A stretch of DNA of 64,000 nt from NCBI GenBank assembly GCA_035315805.1, contig DATFXN010000053.1, positions 25 through 64,024 of the forward strand, read 5' to 3'. Source of the DNA: Chthoniobacterales bacterium. Its GTDB lineage: Bacteria; Verrucomicrobiota; Verrucomicrobiia; Chthoniobacterales; UBA10450. The position numbers and the translations under genes were made by a program. Position 1 is the stretch's first letter. Each line of letters begins with the position of its first letter. Below, in pieces: positions 9,051 through 18,697 of this stretch. The notes under the pieces were generated by a model that saw only the letters and a list, made by a program, of their open reading frames with translations, made no database searches and was not told the DNA's origin.

Positions 9051-9743
9051 ATGCCCGACGTTTTGCTTACTAACTCCGCTGTCGCCGACCGCGCTGAAGA
9101 TTTGCTGCCCGAGTATCGCGCAATCATCCAGAAAATTCCGCCCGAAGCCGGCTTTGGCGGAATCTGGGAAAGCGAAATGCTTTTGTTTTACGCAGCGGTA
9201 AAACCTTTCGCGCCGAAGCAGATTCTCGAATCCGGTCGTGCCCGCGGCAAAAGCACGCTTATTCTCGCCCGCTGTTTTCCGGAATCACGAATGATTAGCG
9301 TCGAGTGTGATCGACAATCCGAAAACGCTACCGCCGCGGAAGCGAAATTGAAGAACGAACAGAATGTCGATCTTCTCTACGGCGATTCACGCGAGATTTT
9401 GCCGGGACGATTGCAAGATGGCGATGCAGTCTTGATCGATGGCCCAAAGGACTTTCGCGCGCTTAAGTTGGCTGTCGATTTTCTCCGCACCAAAAAACCG
9501 TGCGCAGTTTTCATTCACGATTTCCGGCCGAATTCGCCTCAGCGAAAATTCGTCGAGCGCAATTTCCCGAGCGCCTTCTTTGGCGACGATCCACTCTTTC
9601 AACACTTCCAAAGTTTGGACGCGGAACGTGATCCGCGCCCAAATCCGCAAAGGCGTTATGGGATCCTCTGTTGCCTGCCCCCGCGGTTGCCGATTTCGTA
9701 TTGGAAACTGCGCTTCCGACTGCTAACTCACGGCAAGGCGTGA
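9051..9743 (+). CDS. class I SAM-dependent methyltransferase-like protein
   Basis: Rossmann-like ILESGRARGKSTLILARCF..VECD..LLYGDSREIL..DAVLIDGPKD (O-methyltransferase/Methyltransf_24-like). Confidence 0.6.
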   Translation: MPDVLLTNSAVADRAEDLLPEYRAIIQKIPPEAGFGGIWESEMLLFYAAVKPFAPKQILESGRARGKSTLILARCFPESRMISVECDRQSENATAAEAKLKNEQNVDLLYGDSREILPGRLQDGDAVLIDGPKDFRALKLAVDFLRTKKPCAVFIHDFRPNSPQRKFVERNFPSAFFGDDPLFQHFQSLDAERDPRPNPQRRYGILCCLPPRLPISYWKLRFRLLTHGKA

Positions 9744-9784
9744 GTGTTTGATTCGCTGCGACACGCTTATATCGTCCCTCGACT

Positions 9785-10729
9785 GTGCCGAATCCTTTTT
9801 CGAGAAAGCGGAAGATAGTTCGCCACGCGCAGCACGCCGCCGCGAAGAAATCGAAGCGCGTTAAGCTGCGGCCGGGGAGCGAATGGACCAAGCGCAATTT
9901 TCTTACTAGCGTTTGGATCCCATCGCTCTTCACGAAACGTTCCGGCACCCGCGCGCGCCCGTTATTTCCAAAAGTGCAGCCTGGGCAGATTTGCATCACC
10001 TGGATCGGTCACGCCTCATTCCTAATTCAAACGCACGATGCGAATGTCCTGATCGATCCGATTTGGTCGATGTGGCTGAGCGTGATCAAGCGGCTGAAGG
10101 AGCCAGGCTTTCACATTCATCATTTGCCGTCGATTGATTTCGTTCTCGTCACCCACGCGCACTTCGATCATCTCGATCGCCGCACGCTGCGTCTCGTCGC
10201 CGCCGACCAACCAATTGTTGTTCCGGTTGGAGTCGGACGTTTGGTGCATCGGCTCGGATTCAACATTGTGCACGAGCTCGACGAATGGCAGACGATCGAG
10301 CTCGGTCCGTTGCGCGTCTCGCTCACGCCGGCGCATCATTGGGGCGCGCGGTTTCTGGCGGATACTCATCGTGGCTTTGGCGGCTTTGTTATTGGCGCGA
10401 ACGGCCCCTCTGTTTTTCATTGCGGCGACACCGCCTACTTCGAAGGTTTCAAGGAAATCGGCGAGCGTCACGACATCGAGATCGCGCTTCTGCCGATCGG
10501 CGCCTACGATCCGCCGCTTGCGCGCGAAGTGCATATGAATCCGGAGGAAGCCGTGCTCGCGTTCAAAGAATTAAATGCCAAGACCCTAGTGCCGATGCAC
10601 TACGGAACATTCCGTCTCGGCTATGAGCCGCTCGAAGAACCGCTTGAGCGTTTGCGCGAGTCCGCCCGTGTTCACGGAATTGAAGACAAAGTGCTCGTTA
10701 TGACCGAAGGAAGGCCGGTCGTTTTATAG
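9785..10729 (+). CDS. MBL-fold metallo-hydrolase
   Basis: ITWIGHASFLIQ..VLVTHAHFDHLD..FHCGDTAY..PMHYGTF motifs; GTG start. Confidence 0.8.
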   Translation: MPNPFSRKRKIVRHAQHAAAKKSKRVKLRPGSEWTKRNFLTSVWIPSLFTKRSGTRARPLFPKVQPGQICITWIGHASFLIQTHDANVLIDPIWSMWLSVIKRLKEPGFHIHHLPSIDFVLVTHAHFDHLDRRTLRLVAADQPIVVPVGVGRLVHRLGFNIVHELDEWQTIELGPLRVSLTPAHHWGARFLADTHRGFGGFVIGANGPSVFHCGDTAYFEGFKEIGERHDIEIALLPIGAYDPPLAREVHMNPEEAVLAFKELNAKTLVPMHYGTFRLGYEPLEEPLERLRESARVHGIEDKVLVMTEGRPVVL

Positions 10730-10733
10730 TGAT

Positions 10734-10800
10734 CAGTGACCTGTGATCAGTGATCGGCAAGAATGGTGAGCCAACATAGTTCACTGGTCACTGGTCACAG
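10734..10800 (+). promoter_or_regulatory. 22-bp imperfect stem-loop enclosing the ATG (10763) of the downstream membrane-protein gene
   Basis: Arm A 10734-10755 (CAGTGACCTGTGATCAGTGATC) pairs with arm B 10779-10800 (GTTCACTGGTCACTGGTCACAG): 18 WC pairs, 1 GU, 3 mismatches. The arms are built from GTGA(C/T)CAGTGA repeats that start at the upstream TAG stop. Confidence 0.55.
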
Positions 10801-12967
10801 ATCCCTTGAGCGACGCGACTGGCTCAGCGCCTTCAGCGCCGGCGCAATCGTTGTCGCATTTTGCCTTCTTCTCCTTTGGCACGATCCGCTCGTTTTTTGG
10901 AACGACGATTACGAGTTGTCGATCTTGCCGGTATTCGCCGATGTCGCGCGTAGTTGGAGCGAAGGTCACTTGCCGCTACTCAGCCCGCACTCGTGGGTCT
11001 GCAACAATCTCGCCGGCGAATTTCAATACGGAACTTTTTCGATTTTTGTTAACGCAGCGGTCGTTCTGATCTGGAAATTTCCGCTCACGTTTCCTCAACA
11101 AGCCGCTGCGCTTTCGATCACGCATCTTTTCGTTCTCGCTGCTGGCGCGTTTCTGCTCGCGCGCGATCGCAAACTTTCGACGCCGTTATCGATCTTCGTC
11201 GCGCTGATCGCGGCGTTGAATGGCTGGATCATTTGCTGGGGCGCGAGCGATTGGTTCGGGGCGCTCGGCGCGTTCGCATGGTTGCCATGGGCGTGGTGGG
11301 GACTCGAACGCGCTCTTGACCGACAACGAGCTCGCTCGCGATTTCTTTGGGCGGCGCCGTTTGTTTATTTCGTCATCACCGGCGGTTTTCCTTATACGGT
11401 TTTGATGCTGGCGCTTTTGATCGTGTGGTTGTCGATCAGATCACTGTTCGAAATGAAAAGTTGGATGTCGATCTTGCCGATGTTGTTCGGCGCTGCACTC
11501 GGTTTTGGATTATCGGCACCAGCGTGGCTGGCGATTTTGGATTATGTCCACGGTTCCGTGCGAGAAGTGCAACCGCCAAACGTGCATTGGCAATGGATCG
11601 TGCCGTGGCGCGCGTTGGCGGGATTGATTTTGCCGTGCTGGACGGTGCAGTGGGCCGATTTTTCGATGCACTATGTTCCGCACACCGCAACTGAGTTGAC
11701 TAACGGGCTGGTTGCGCCGGCCGCGCTCATCGCCGGCTTCATCTGGCGGCCGCGCCTACTGCTGCGCCGAATGAAGTGGGAGCTTTTCTTGCTCTTACTT
11801 GTGCTCCTGCTCTGTATGATCCCCACGGCGGGCGTCTTTCGCTGGAGTTTTCGTTGGCTGCCATTATTCCATCTCGTTCTCGCGCTTTGCGCAGCGAACG
11901 TATTGCAGATGCGACGCGGTTCGCCAACAGCGGCCGCGTCGGTTTTGCTTTTGATTCTTGTCACGATTCCGATGTCGATCTTTGGTGTGGGCGGCGATTA
12001 CGGCCCAACCACGACGTGGATTTATTTTCAAGTCGCGGTTGTCTGGGCCCTTTGCGAGCAGTTTGTCCGGCCGGTTAGGTTTAGTCACTGGCCGCCGGGA
12101 ATCGTTACCTTCACACTCTTGCTTGCAACTTATCTCTGCATTCCACCGAATTGCGGCGTCCCGAAATACCGTTTCAGTCAACAATTACTCGGTCCGGAAC
12201 CGCTGGATCCGCAGCGGCTTTATTTGAGCATTTATCCAGCGCCGGAATCGAATTATCGCGCCGATGAAAAACCGCGACCGATCGGCCAGCTCGTTAGACT
12301 AGGCAGCACATCCATGTGGGCCGGTTTGCATTTCATAAATGGTTACAGTCCGATCTTGCCCGCCGGTGTTGCGCGCGAATTCGATTTTCGGATTCACGGC
12401 GAGATCAATCTGCACGAAGCCGAATATCTTGTCTGGAACCAATCGGGTCCGAACGGCTTGCTCGCCCAGCTCGGTGTCGATGGACTTGTCGTGGCCTGGG
12501 ATTCACGGATCGACCCGGCCCTTGGTCCGGATTGGGAATTTGTCACCTCAAACGGTGAAGCCGCAGTTTATCATCGAATCGGTCAGCCGTTTGAGCGTGT
12601 GCGGTCCGTTCAGTCGATCGATTCGCGTTCAGAAATGAAATTTGCGCTGGCGGCCGTTTCCCAGATCGAAGATTCAAGAAACTACGTCACGTCGCGTGTC
12701 GATGTGCCAAACGATGGGAGACCAGCGCTACTGACTTTTTCGCGACCGTACTTTCGCGGCTACGAAGCGAAGATCGGGAACGAAAAACTTCGCGTCGATT
12801 CCTATCGGGGTTTGTTTCCGATCGTCGAAGTGCCGCCTGGTTCCCATGGGAAACTCACGGTCGTCTACCGGCCGTGGTGGCTCGTTTTTGGCGGGGGATT
12901 GTCGATCTTTTGCGCAGCAATTTGGTTGATCGGATTTCTTGGCGCGATGCGACCGCGCTTCGCATGA
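10763..12967 (+). CDS. large polytopic membrane protein, YfhO/GT-C-like (putative glycosyltransferase)
   Basis: 734-aa ORF with many predicted TM helices and a C-terminal soluble domain; family assignment tentative. Confidence 0.55.
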   Translation: MVSQHSSLVTGHRSLERRDWLSAFSAGAIVVAFCLLLLWHDPLVFWNDDYELSILPVFADVARSWSEGHLPLLSPHSWVCNNLAGEFQYGTFSIFVNAAVVLIWKFPLTFPQQAAALSITHLFVLAAGAFLLARDRKLSTPLSIFVALIAALNGWIICWGASDWFGALGAFAWLPWAWWGLERALDRQRARSRFLWAAPFVYFVITGGFPYTVLMLALLIVWLSIRSLFEMKSWMSILPMLFGAALGFGLSAPAWLAILDYVHGSVREVQPPNVHWQWIVPWRALAGLILPCWTVQWADFSMHYVPHTATELTNGLVAPAALIAGFIWRPRLLLRRMKWELFLLLLVLLLCMIPTAGVFRWSFRWLPLFHLVLALCAANVLQMRRGSPTAAASVLLLILVTIPMSIFGVGGDYGPTTTWIYFQVAVVWALCEQFVRPVRFSHWPPGIVTFTLLLATYLCIPPNCGVPKYRFSQQLLGPEPLDPQRLYLSIYPAPESNYRADEKPRPIGQLVRLGSTSMWAGLHFINGYSPILPAGVAREFDFRIHGEINLHEAEYLVWNQSGPNGLLAQLGVDGLVVAWDSRIDPALGPDWEFVTSNGEAAVYHRIGQPFERVRSVQSIDSRSEMKFALAAVSQIEDSRNYVTSRVDVPNDGRPALLTFSRPYFRGYEAKIGNEKLRVDSYRGLFPIVEVPPGSHGKLTVVYRPWWLVFGGGLSIFCAAIWLIGFLGAMRPRFA

Positions 12968-14589
12968 AGCAGCTTTCCAAAACAACTCTCGAGCGGTGCG
13001 AATTCGCCGCGGCAATTTTGCTCACGCTTCTTTTAATAACATTCCACATCATCTTCTTTTTCCACGCTGGTCCGCTCTGGCGCGATGAAATCAGCAGCCT
13101 CGCCCTTTCGACCAAACCAACTCTGACTGAATTCTGGAAATCGCTGCCGCTCGATCCATTCCCGGCCTCTTATTTTCTTTTGCTGCGAGGCTGGAACGCG
13201 GTTGGTCTCGGCAGCGGTGATCTAGCCGTGCGCGGGCTGGGTCTGGTAATCGGGCTTTCATTGATCGCGGCGTTGTGGTGGAGTTGTTATTTGATCGACA
13301 AATCCGTGCCGCTCTGGCCGCTCGCATTGTTCGGTTTCAGTCCGCTTGCACTCGAAGGGGGCGATTCGGTTCGGTCGTATGGGTTCGGTTTGATCTGGAT
13401 CCTCCTCGCGTTCGGCTTCATCTGGCGGATCGTTTGCGAGCCATCTCGAAGATCGACAATCGCGTTTGCGTCGATCGTTGCGCTTTTGAGCGTGCAATCG
13501 CTCTTTCCCAACGCGCTCATGCTTTTCGCGCTCGGCGCCGGTGCTGCTGTGATCCTGTTGAAACGCCGCGGATGGCTCGAGCTGTCGTTGATCAGCGGCA
13601 TCAGCGGAGTCGCCGCCTTATCTCTTCTCTTCTATCTGCCGATCATTTACGCGACGCGTGATTGGGCGAAAATTATCGCGAACAAAAACGATGTCGGGAG
13701 TGTGCTGGGAGTTGGGCGCGATGCCATTGCTGATGCTGGTACTCTTGCGAAATGGATCTGGTTCGTGCTCGGCGCCGGCTTGCTCGTGTCGTTCTTGTTT
13801 GCACTTTCGGGACGACTCGTTGCGGCTCTTGATCTAAAGCGCGACCGAATGCTGTTTGCAGGCGCGACGCTGTCGGTCGCCATCGGCGCGACGATTGTTT
13901 TTCTTTGCGCGGCGCAGTATTTGATTTTTCCACGCTATTTCTTGCCGGCAATGGCGGTTGCCGCGCTGTGCATTCACTCTTTTTGGAGCGCGCTGCCGAG
14001 TCGAGTCGCGATCCGAGCGACCAGCCTTTTTCTCGCCATCGTCGCTGCGGGGACATCGATTCATCCACTTTATCGGGGCGCCAACATGAGGATGACCAAT
14101 TGCGATCAAATTGCGGCAGCGCTCGAACAACGCGCTAACTCTGAGGACTTGATCGTCGTCACGTCATTTTTGTATGGCGTCAGCTTTCAACGTTACTATC
14201 GCGGCAACGCAACTTGGGTCGCAGTGCCGCAGGTGGCAGATTTCAGTTTGCATCGCTGGGATTTGTTGAAAGAAGCAATGGCGCGGTCAGACCCGGTACT
14301 GCAGTTGTTATCCCGTGCTGAGACTGTTCTCCGCAGCGGCCACAAAGTTTTTCTCGTCGGCAAGCTCGGACCACCGCCCGTCGAACAACCGGAACCGTTT
14401 CCGCCCGCGCCGAAAACGGAGTTCGGGTGGCAGATGGAACCATATCTCGCACAATGGAAATCAGAGCTGACCTATTGGATCGAGCATCACGCCCTTCACG
14501 GAACCAATTTGTCGATCGAAGAAACGCAGTTGGTGAACCCCTTGGAGCACCTGGGCGTGTTCGAGGTCTCCGGTTGGCGTGAACGCTAG
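12964..14589 (+). CDS. GT-C-like polytopic membrane protein (putative glycosyltransferase), paralog A
   Basis: ATGA overlap with the upstream gene. N-terminus has ..FFHAGPLWRDEISSL.. (acidic first-loop motif). About 10 TM helices and a conserved C-terminal domain (TNCDQIAAAL..FQRYYRG..HRWDL..SGHKVFLVGKL). Confidence 0.55.
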   Translation: MKQLSKTTLERCEFAAAILLTLLLITFHIIFFFHAGPLWRDEISSLALSTKPTLTEFWKSLPLDPFPASYFLLLRGWNAVGLGSGDLAVRGLGLVIGLSLIAALWWSCYLIDKSVPLWPLALFGFSPLALEGGDSVRSYGFGLIWILLAFGFIWRIVCEPSRRSTIAFASIVALLSVQSLFPNALMLFALGAGAAVILLKRRGWLELSLISGISGVAALSLLFYLPIIYATRDWAKIIANKNDVGSVLGVGRDAIADAGTLAKWIWFVLGAGLLVSFLFALSGRLVAALDLKRDRMLFAGATLSVAIGATIVFLCAAQYLIFPRYFLPAMAVAALCIHSFWSALPSRVAIRATSLFLAIVAAGTSIHPLYRGANMRMTNCDQIAAALEQRANSEDLIVVTSFLYGVSFQRYYRGNATWVAVPQVADFSLHRWDLLKEAMARSDPVLQLLSRAETVLRSGHKVFLVGKLGPPPVEQPEPFPPAPKTEFGWQMEPYLAQWKSELTYWIEHHALHGTNLSIEETQLVNPLEHLGVFEVSGWRER

Positions 14590-14592
14590 CAA

Positions 14593-16215
14593 GTGAGAGC
14601 TCTCCCCAAACCGTCGGCGCTGACGTCATGTGAATTTTGGGGCGCGATTTTGCTGACGTTGTTTCTGGTGGTTGTGCATACCCGCTTGTTGCTCCATGCC
14701 GGCGGGCTTTGGCGAGACGAGGTCAACAGTTTGTACGTGGCGACAACCCCCACTCTGAAAGACTTTCTTGATTCGCTCGTGTTCGATCCGTTTCCGATCC
14801 TGTTCGTGTCGGTTCTCCGTATCTGGGTTGTCCTCGGCTTGGGAAACAGCGATTTCAGTTTGCGCCTCCTTGGGTTTTTGATCGGAACGTCGCTGGTTGG
14901 CACGGTTTGGCTGAGTTGCCGCTTGATCGGCAAAGAACGGGCGGCGCCGGTTTGGCCACTGGCACTTTTCGCGCTCAATCCGTTGACCATTGTCGAAGGA
15001 GACTCCTTGCGCGGTTATGGCCTCGGGCTAATCGGGATTCTTCTGAGTTTCGCGTTGGTCTGGCGGCTCACATTCCGGCCGTGGCAAACCGGAACGGTTG
15101 TCGCCGCGACCATCGCCGCGTTGATCGCAGTGCAGTCGCTTTACCTGAGCTCGCTCGTCGTGTTCGCGATCTGCGTTGCCGCCGTCGCGGTCGCCGTTAA
15201 ACGAAAGGATTGGGCTCGCGCCCGCGCAATTCTCGCGGTCGGAGCAATTGCAGCGCTTTCTCTGCTTCCCTACGCCGGTATCTTGCGAAGGGCTCACGAA
15301 CAGTTGGCCCTGCAAAGCAATCCCAAAACCGTTGCGGATGAAGCCCGTTCGCTGATGTCGATCTTCGCCTCCGGCAAATCTGGCGTGGCCTATGTCTGGA
15401 TGTTGATCTTCGCCTGCGGCTTGATCCCGCTCCTGCTGCCGCGGTCGCGCCGCTACTTGCTCGCTTGCATCAAGAACCCCAGTGATGAACTGCTGTTCAC
15501 GTTCATCGTCGTAGCGGTTGGCGCGATCGCCACTTTCGGCTTTTTGTTCAGCTCCGGTTTGTCCGGCTCCTCCTACCGGCGGCCGTTGCTGGCGGCAGCC
15601 AGTCTCGCGATCCAGCTTGCTTACACGGGGTTACGGAGAAACCCCAGAGCAGTAGTCGCTAATTTGGTCGGCGTCGGACTAGTGGCCACGACGTTTGTGC
15701 CGGCTGCCTATCATCGCTCGCAAGTCCGGAGGACGAATTGCGATCTGGCGGCGGCGGCGGTTGCCAAAGCCGCTCATGTTGATGATTTCATCGTGGTGAT
15801 GAAGTTTACGCACGCGGTTACGTTTCAGCGTTACTATCACGGGCCGGCCCGGTGGACATCAATCCCGGCGGTTTCGGATCACAAGCAGCACCGCTGGGAC
15901 CTGGCCCGAGCGGCGTTGATGAGCGCTGCTCCAATTCAAGATATTCTTTTGCGGATCGAGCAAGAATTAAGAGCCGGGCACAAAGTTTTCCTGGTCGGAA
16001 AATTTCCTCGGTCGGAGCCGGACCCACTTATTGTCGCGTCTCCAAGTCAAAATCCGTGGCGGCTCGAGTTTTACTTGGACAATTGGCGGAGGCAGGTTGC
16101 GAACCTGCTTAGGCAACATGCCGTTCAATGCGCGCAAATCCCATTGAATCAAACCCAGCCCGTAAATCCAGGCGAGAACGAAGAGCTGTTCGCGTTTTCC
16201 GAATGGCGCGATTAG
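14593..16215 (+). CDS. GT-C-like polytopic membrane protein, paralog B of 12964-14589
   Basis: Same architecture and motifs (LLHAGGLWRDEVNSL; TNCDLAAAAV..FQRYYHG..HRWDL..AGHKVFLVGKF); GTG start 4 nt after the upstream stop. Confidence 0.55.
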   Translation: MRALPKPSALTSCEFWGAILLTLFLVVVHTRLLLHAGGLWRDEVNSLYVATTPTLKDFLDSLVFDPFPILFVSVLRIWVVLGLGNSDFSLRLLGFLIGTSLVGTVWLSCRLIGKERAAPVWPLALFALNPLTIVEGDSLRGYGLGLIGILLSFALVWRLTFRPWQTGTVVAATIAALIAVQSLYLSSLVVFAICVAAVAVAVKRKDWARARAILAVGAIAALSLLPYAGILRRAHEQLALQSNPKTVADEARSLMSIFASGKSGVAYVWMLIFACGLIPLLLPRSRRYLLACIKNPSDELLFTFIVVAVGAIATFGFLFSSGLSGSSYRRPLLAAASLAIQLAYTGLRRNPRAVVANLVGVGLVATTFVPAAYHRSQVRRTNCDLAAAAVAKAAHVDDFIVVMKFTHAVTFQRYYHGPARWTSIPAVSDHKQHRWDLARAALMSAAPIQDILLRIEQELRAGHKVFLVGKFPRSEPDPLIVASPSQNPWRLEFYLDNWRRQVANLLRQHAVQCAQIPLNQTQPVNPGENEELFAFSEWRD

Positions 16216-16235
16216 CTCGCCGCCGCGCCGATCCA

Positions 16236-17771
16236 TCAGCTCGCGACCGTAAAAATTTCCACGGCCTGCTCGACACCTTTGACCATCTGCGGCGGTAGCG
16301 CTCGCAACGACGCAACTCGGTTCAATGCATCCCGCGTCGCTTTGCTGATCAGCAAACTCGTCCCGAGCATTTTGTTCAGCGCTTCGATTCGCGATGCCAC
16401 GTTTACAGTGTTGCCGATCACCGTGAACTCCATTCTTTCCGGCGAGCCAATGCTGCCGACAATCGCGGGACCGGTATTGATTCCGATGCCAATTTGAATC
16501 GCTTCTTCGCCTCGCGCCGCCAGTGCGCTGTTGAATCGCTCCATCGTGCGTTGGATCGAACAGGCTGCCCCCAGCGCCTGGTCGGCGTGGTTCCGGCTAT
16601 TCCTGCCAATCCCGAACAGCGCCATAAAACCGTCGCCGAGAAATTTGTTGATCATGCCGCTGTGTTCGCCTTCGACGGTTTCCACCATCGCGCGCAAGAA
16701 TTCATTCAAAAGCCCGACAGCTTTGGTTGGAGATAAATGCGCCGCGCGAGCTGTGAACGAACGAATGTCAACAAACATGACTGTGATTTCCTGCTCGCTT
16801 CCGCCAAGCCCGGGGTCGCGCGACAAAATTTCCTCGGCCGCTTTGCGGCCGACATGCGCGCCAAAGGTTTGTCGCAGCTGTTCCTTTTCGCGCAAGCCCT
16901 GCACCATCGCGTTGAATTCGCCGATGAGCGATCCGAATTCATCCGCGCGACGCACCGGCACTTCCACGTCGAGGTTGCCGTCGGTCACGGCCTGCGCCGC
17001 TTCGCGCAATTGATTCACCGGTTCGGCCACCGAACGCCCGATCAAGAGAGCAGAGAAGAGCGCGAAGGCGATGCCAATCGCGCCGACAAAAAGACCAAAC
17101 AGTTTCGGGTTAATTCCGGGCGAGGCCGGCGCGAAGATGAGAAGCAACAATGAAGCAATCGGGCAAATGCTGGCCGAAATCGCCCACATCAAGCCACGAG
17201 TTCGGAGCGAGATCGGATGAATTCCTTTCAATCGATCGGGCCGAACGCCCTGAAGCAGCACCGCCAGCAATCCGCGTTGGGCCGCCCATTCGATGACAAA
17301 GAAACTTTGCGTTATTGCGATGAAACCGGAAACGCCGAACGATATTGGAAAGTGCCAGAGAATCTGCGCGATCATCGGCCGCCCAGTGAGTGACAACGAA
17401 ACTAAAAACACGATTGCGCCGAGAAACCAGGCCGCTCCGGAAATCGTCGCGCCGTACCACGGCAAATGGACAACGCGCCGGCGGATTGCCTCCAGGTTGG
17501 AAGCATCAACTTTCTCACCGCGAACAAACCGGTCAAAGGTCGGGCGGACCGAACGAATCAACGAAATCCAAATCGCGAACGCCGCCGGATACGCGATTGC
17601 GTTCCAAAAAATTACCGTCGCAACAAAGCGCTCCTTCAACCCCGCGGCGACCAGCAGTGGATCGACGACGACGCTGTTGTACCAAATGTTGAACGCGCTC
17701 CCGAGCAATTGCGGAATCAGGGGCGCAAGCGCGGTGACGAGCAGCGGGTGTCGCTTCAACGCAGCGTCCAT
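16236..17771 (-). CDS. membrane-bound class III adenylate/guanylate cyclase with HAMP domain
   Basis: Six N-terminal TM helices, a HAMP-like linker, and a cyclase core ITVMFVDIRSFTA..KFLGDGFMALFG..GINTGPAIVGSIGS. Confidence 0.85.
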   Translation of the reverse strand: MDAALKRHPLLVTALAPLIPQLLGSAFNIWYNSVVVDPLLVAAGLKERFVATVIFWNAIAYPAAFAIWISLIRSVRPTFDRFVRGEKVDASNLEAIRRRVVHLPWYGATISGAAWFLGAIVFLVSLSLTGRPMIAQILWHFPISFGVSGFIAITQSFFVIEWAAQRGLLAVLLQGVRPDRLKGIHPISLRTRGLMWAISASICPIASLLLLIFAPASPGINPKLFGLFVGAIGIAFALFSALLIGRSVAEPVNQLREAAQAVTDGNLDVEVPVRRADEFGSLIGEFNAMVQGLREKEQLRQTFGAHVGRKAAEEILSRDPGLGGSEQEITVMFVDIRSFTARAAHLSPTKAVGLLNEFLRAMVETVEGEHSGMINKFLGDGFMALFGIGRNSRNHADQALGAACSIQRTMERFNSALAARGEEAIQIGIGINTGPAIVGSIGSPERMEFTVIGNTVNVASRIEALNKMLGTSLLISKATRDALNRVASLRALPPQMVKGVEQAVEIFTVAS

Positions 17772-18694
17772 GGCTGAAAATAATCGAGCAGAATCAAACG
17801 CCCGGGCAGGTTCCCCTTTTCCTTTTCGCGCGCGAGCGCCGGAAAGTTAGTCATTTTTCCAAAAACAAATCCGCGAGAAAGCGGCCCGAACATGTCGTCC
17901 TGATGACTGGGAAAAATGTAACGCGGCCGCAATCGCGTAACCGCTTCGGCAAATCTCGCGCGGCTATCCGGCAACGCGGCGCCAAGAATGGCAAGATCGA
18001 CATGTCCGATTCGCGAATCGGGTGGAGCGCCGGCCAAGCCACCCGAGTCGATGTAAATTCGTTTGCCGCCCGCTTCAATCACAAACGAGAGCGGTTCGCC
18101 CACGCACCAATCCGATGCTTTGACTGGCCGCTTAAAATTTCCGGGAGCCGGGCATCGGTTGAACGGAATCTTCCCAAAGAACCGATCGTGTTGGGCGGCA
18201 AAGACGCGAATCGCCCATGGTTCGATCGTTCGCACTGATCCCGGGTTCACAATCGCATGTCCGCCCCGGAGCGGACCGAAAGATTTCACCAGATCGATCG
18301 CAGTCGGTCCGGCCACGAAGCGCGCGCCGGTGCGGCCCAACAGATAGGGCATGTCCAGCAAATGATCGAAATGCGCGTGTGTCATGAGCACGGCGTCGAC
18401 CGGCGTGCGAAGATGATTCAAACCTTCGTCCACGCGTTCGCGGTTTGATCTGATTGCTTGATTGAATGCAATCGGCCAAAACCCGACCCGCGTAAAATAG
18501 GGATCGACCAGCAACGCGTGACCGCCTGTTTCGAACTGAAGTCCGTTAACGCCAAGATAAGTGACACGGATCGCGTTTGGCGGAACTGGGGCACTTGGGT
18601 TTCTGTCCGCTACCAGAAAGGACGAATATTTCTCGAGGCCACCACTCGCGACTTCTGCGGTGACCAGCAACAGCCCGCAGAGTACAAGCTTCAT
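17756..18694 (-). CDS. secreted MBL-fold metallo-hydrolase
   Basis: Signal peptide MKLVLCGLLLVTAEVASG; LMTHAHFDHLLD motif. Its stop overlaps the cyclase start by 16 nt. Confidence 0.75.
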   Translation of the reverse strand: MKLVLCGLLLVTAEVASGGLEKYSSFLVADRNPSAPVPPNAIRVTYLGVNGLQFETGGHALLVDPYFTRVGFWPIAFNQAIRSNRERVDEGLNHLRTPVDAVLMTHAHFDHLLDMPYLLGRTGARFVAGPTAIDLVKSFGPLRGGHAIVNPGSVRTIEPWAIRVFAAQHDRFFGKIPFNRCPAPGNFKRPVKASDWCVGEPLSFVIEAGGKRIYIDSGGLAGAPPDSRIGHVDLAILGAALPDSRARFAEAVTRLRPRYIFPSHQDDMFGPLSRGFVFGKMTNFPALAREKEKGNLPGRLILLDYFQPWTLR

Positions 18695-18697
18695 TTC

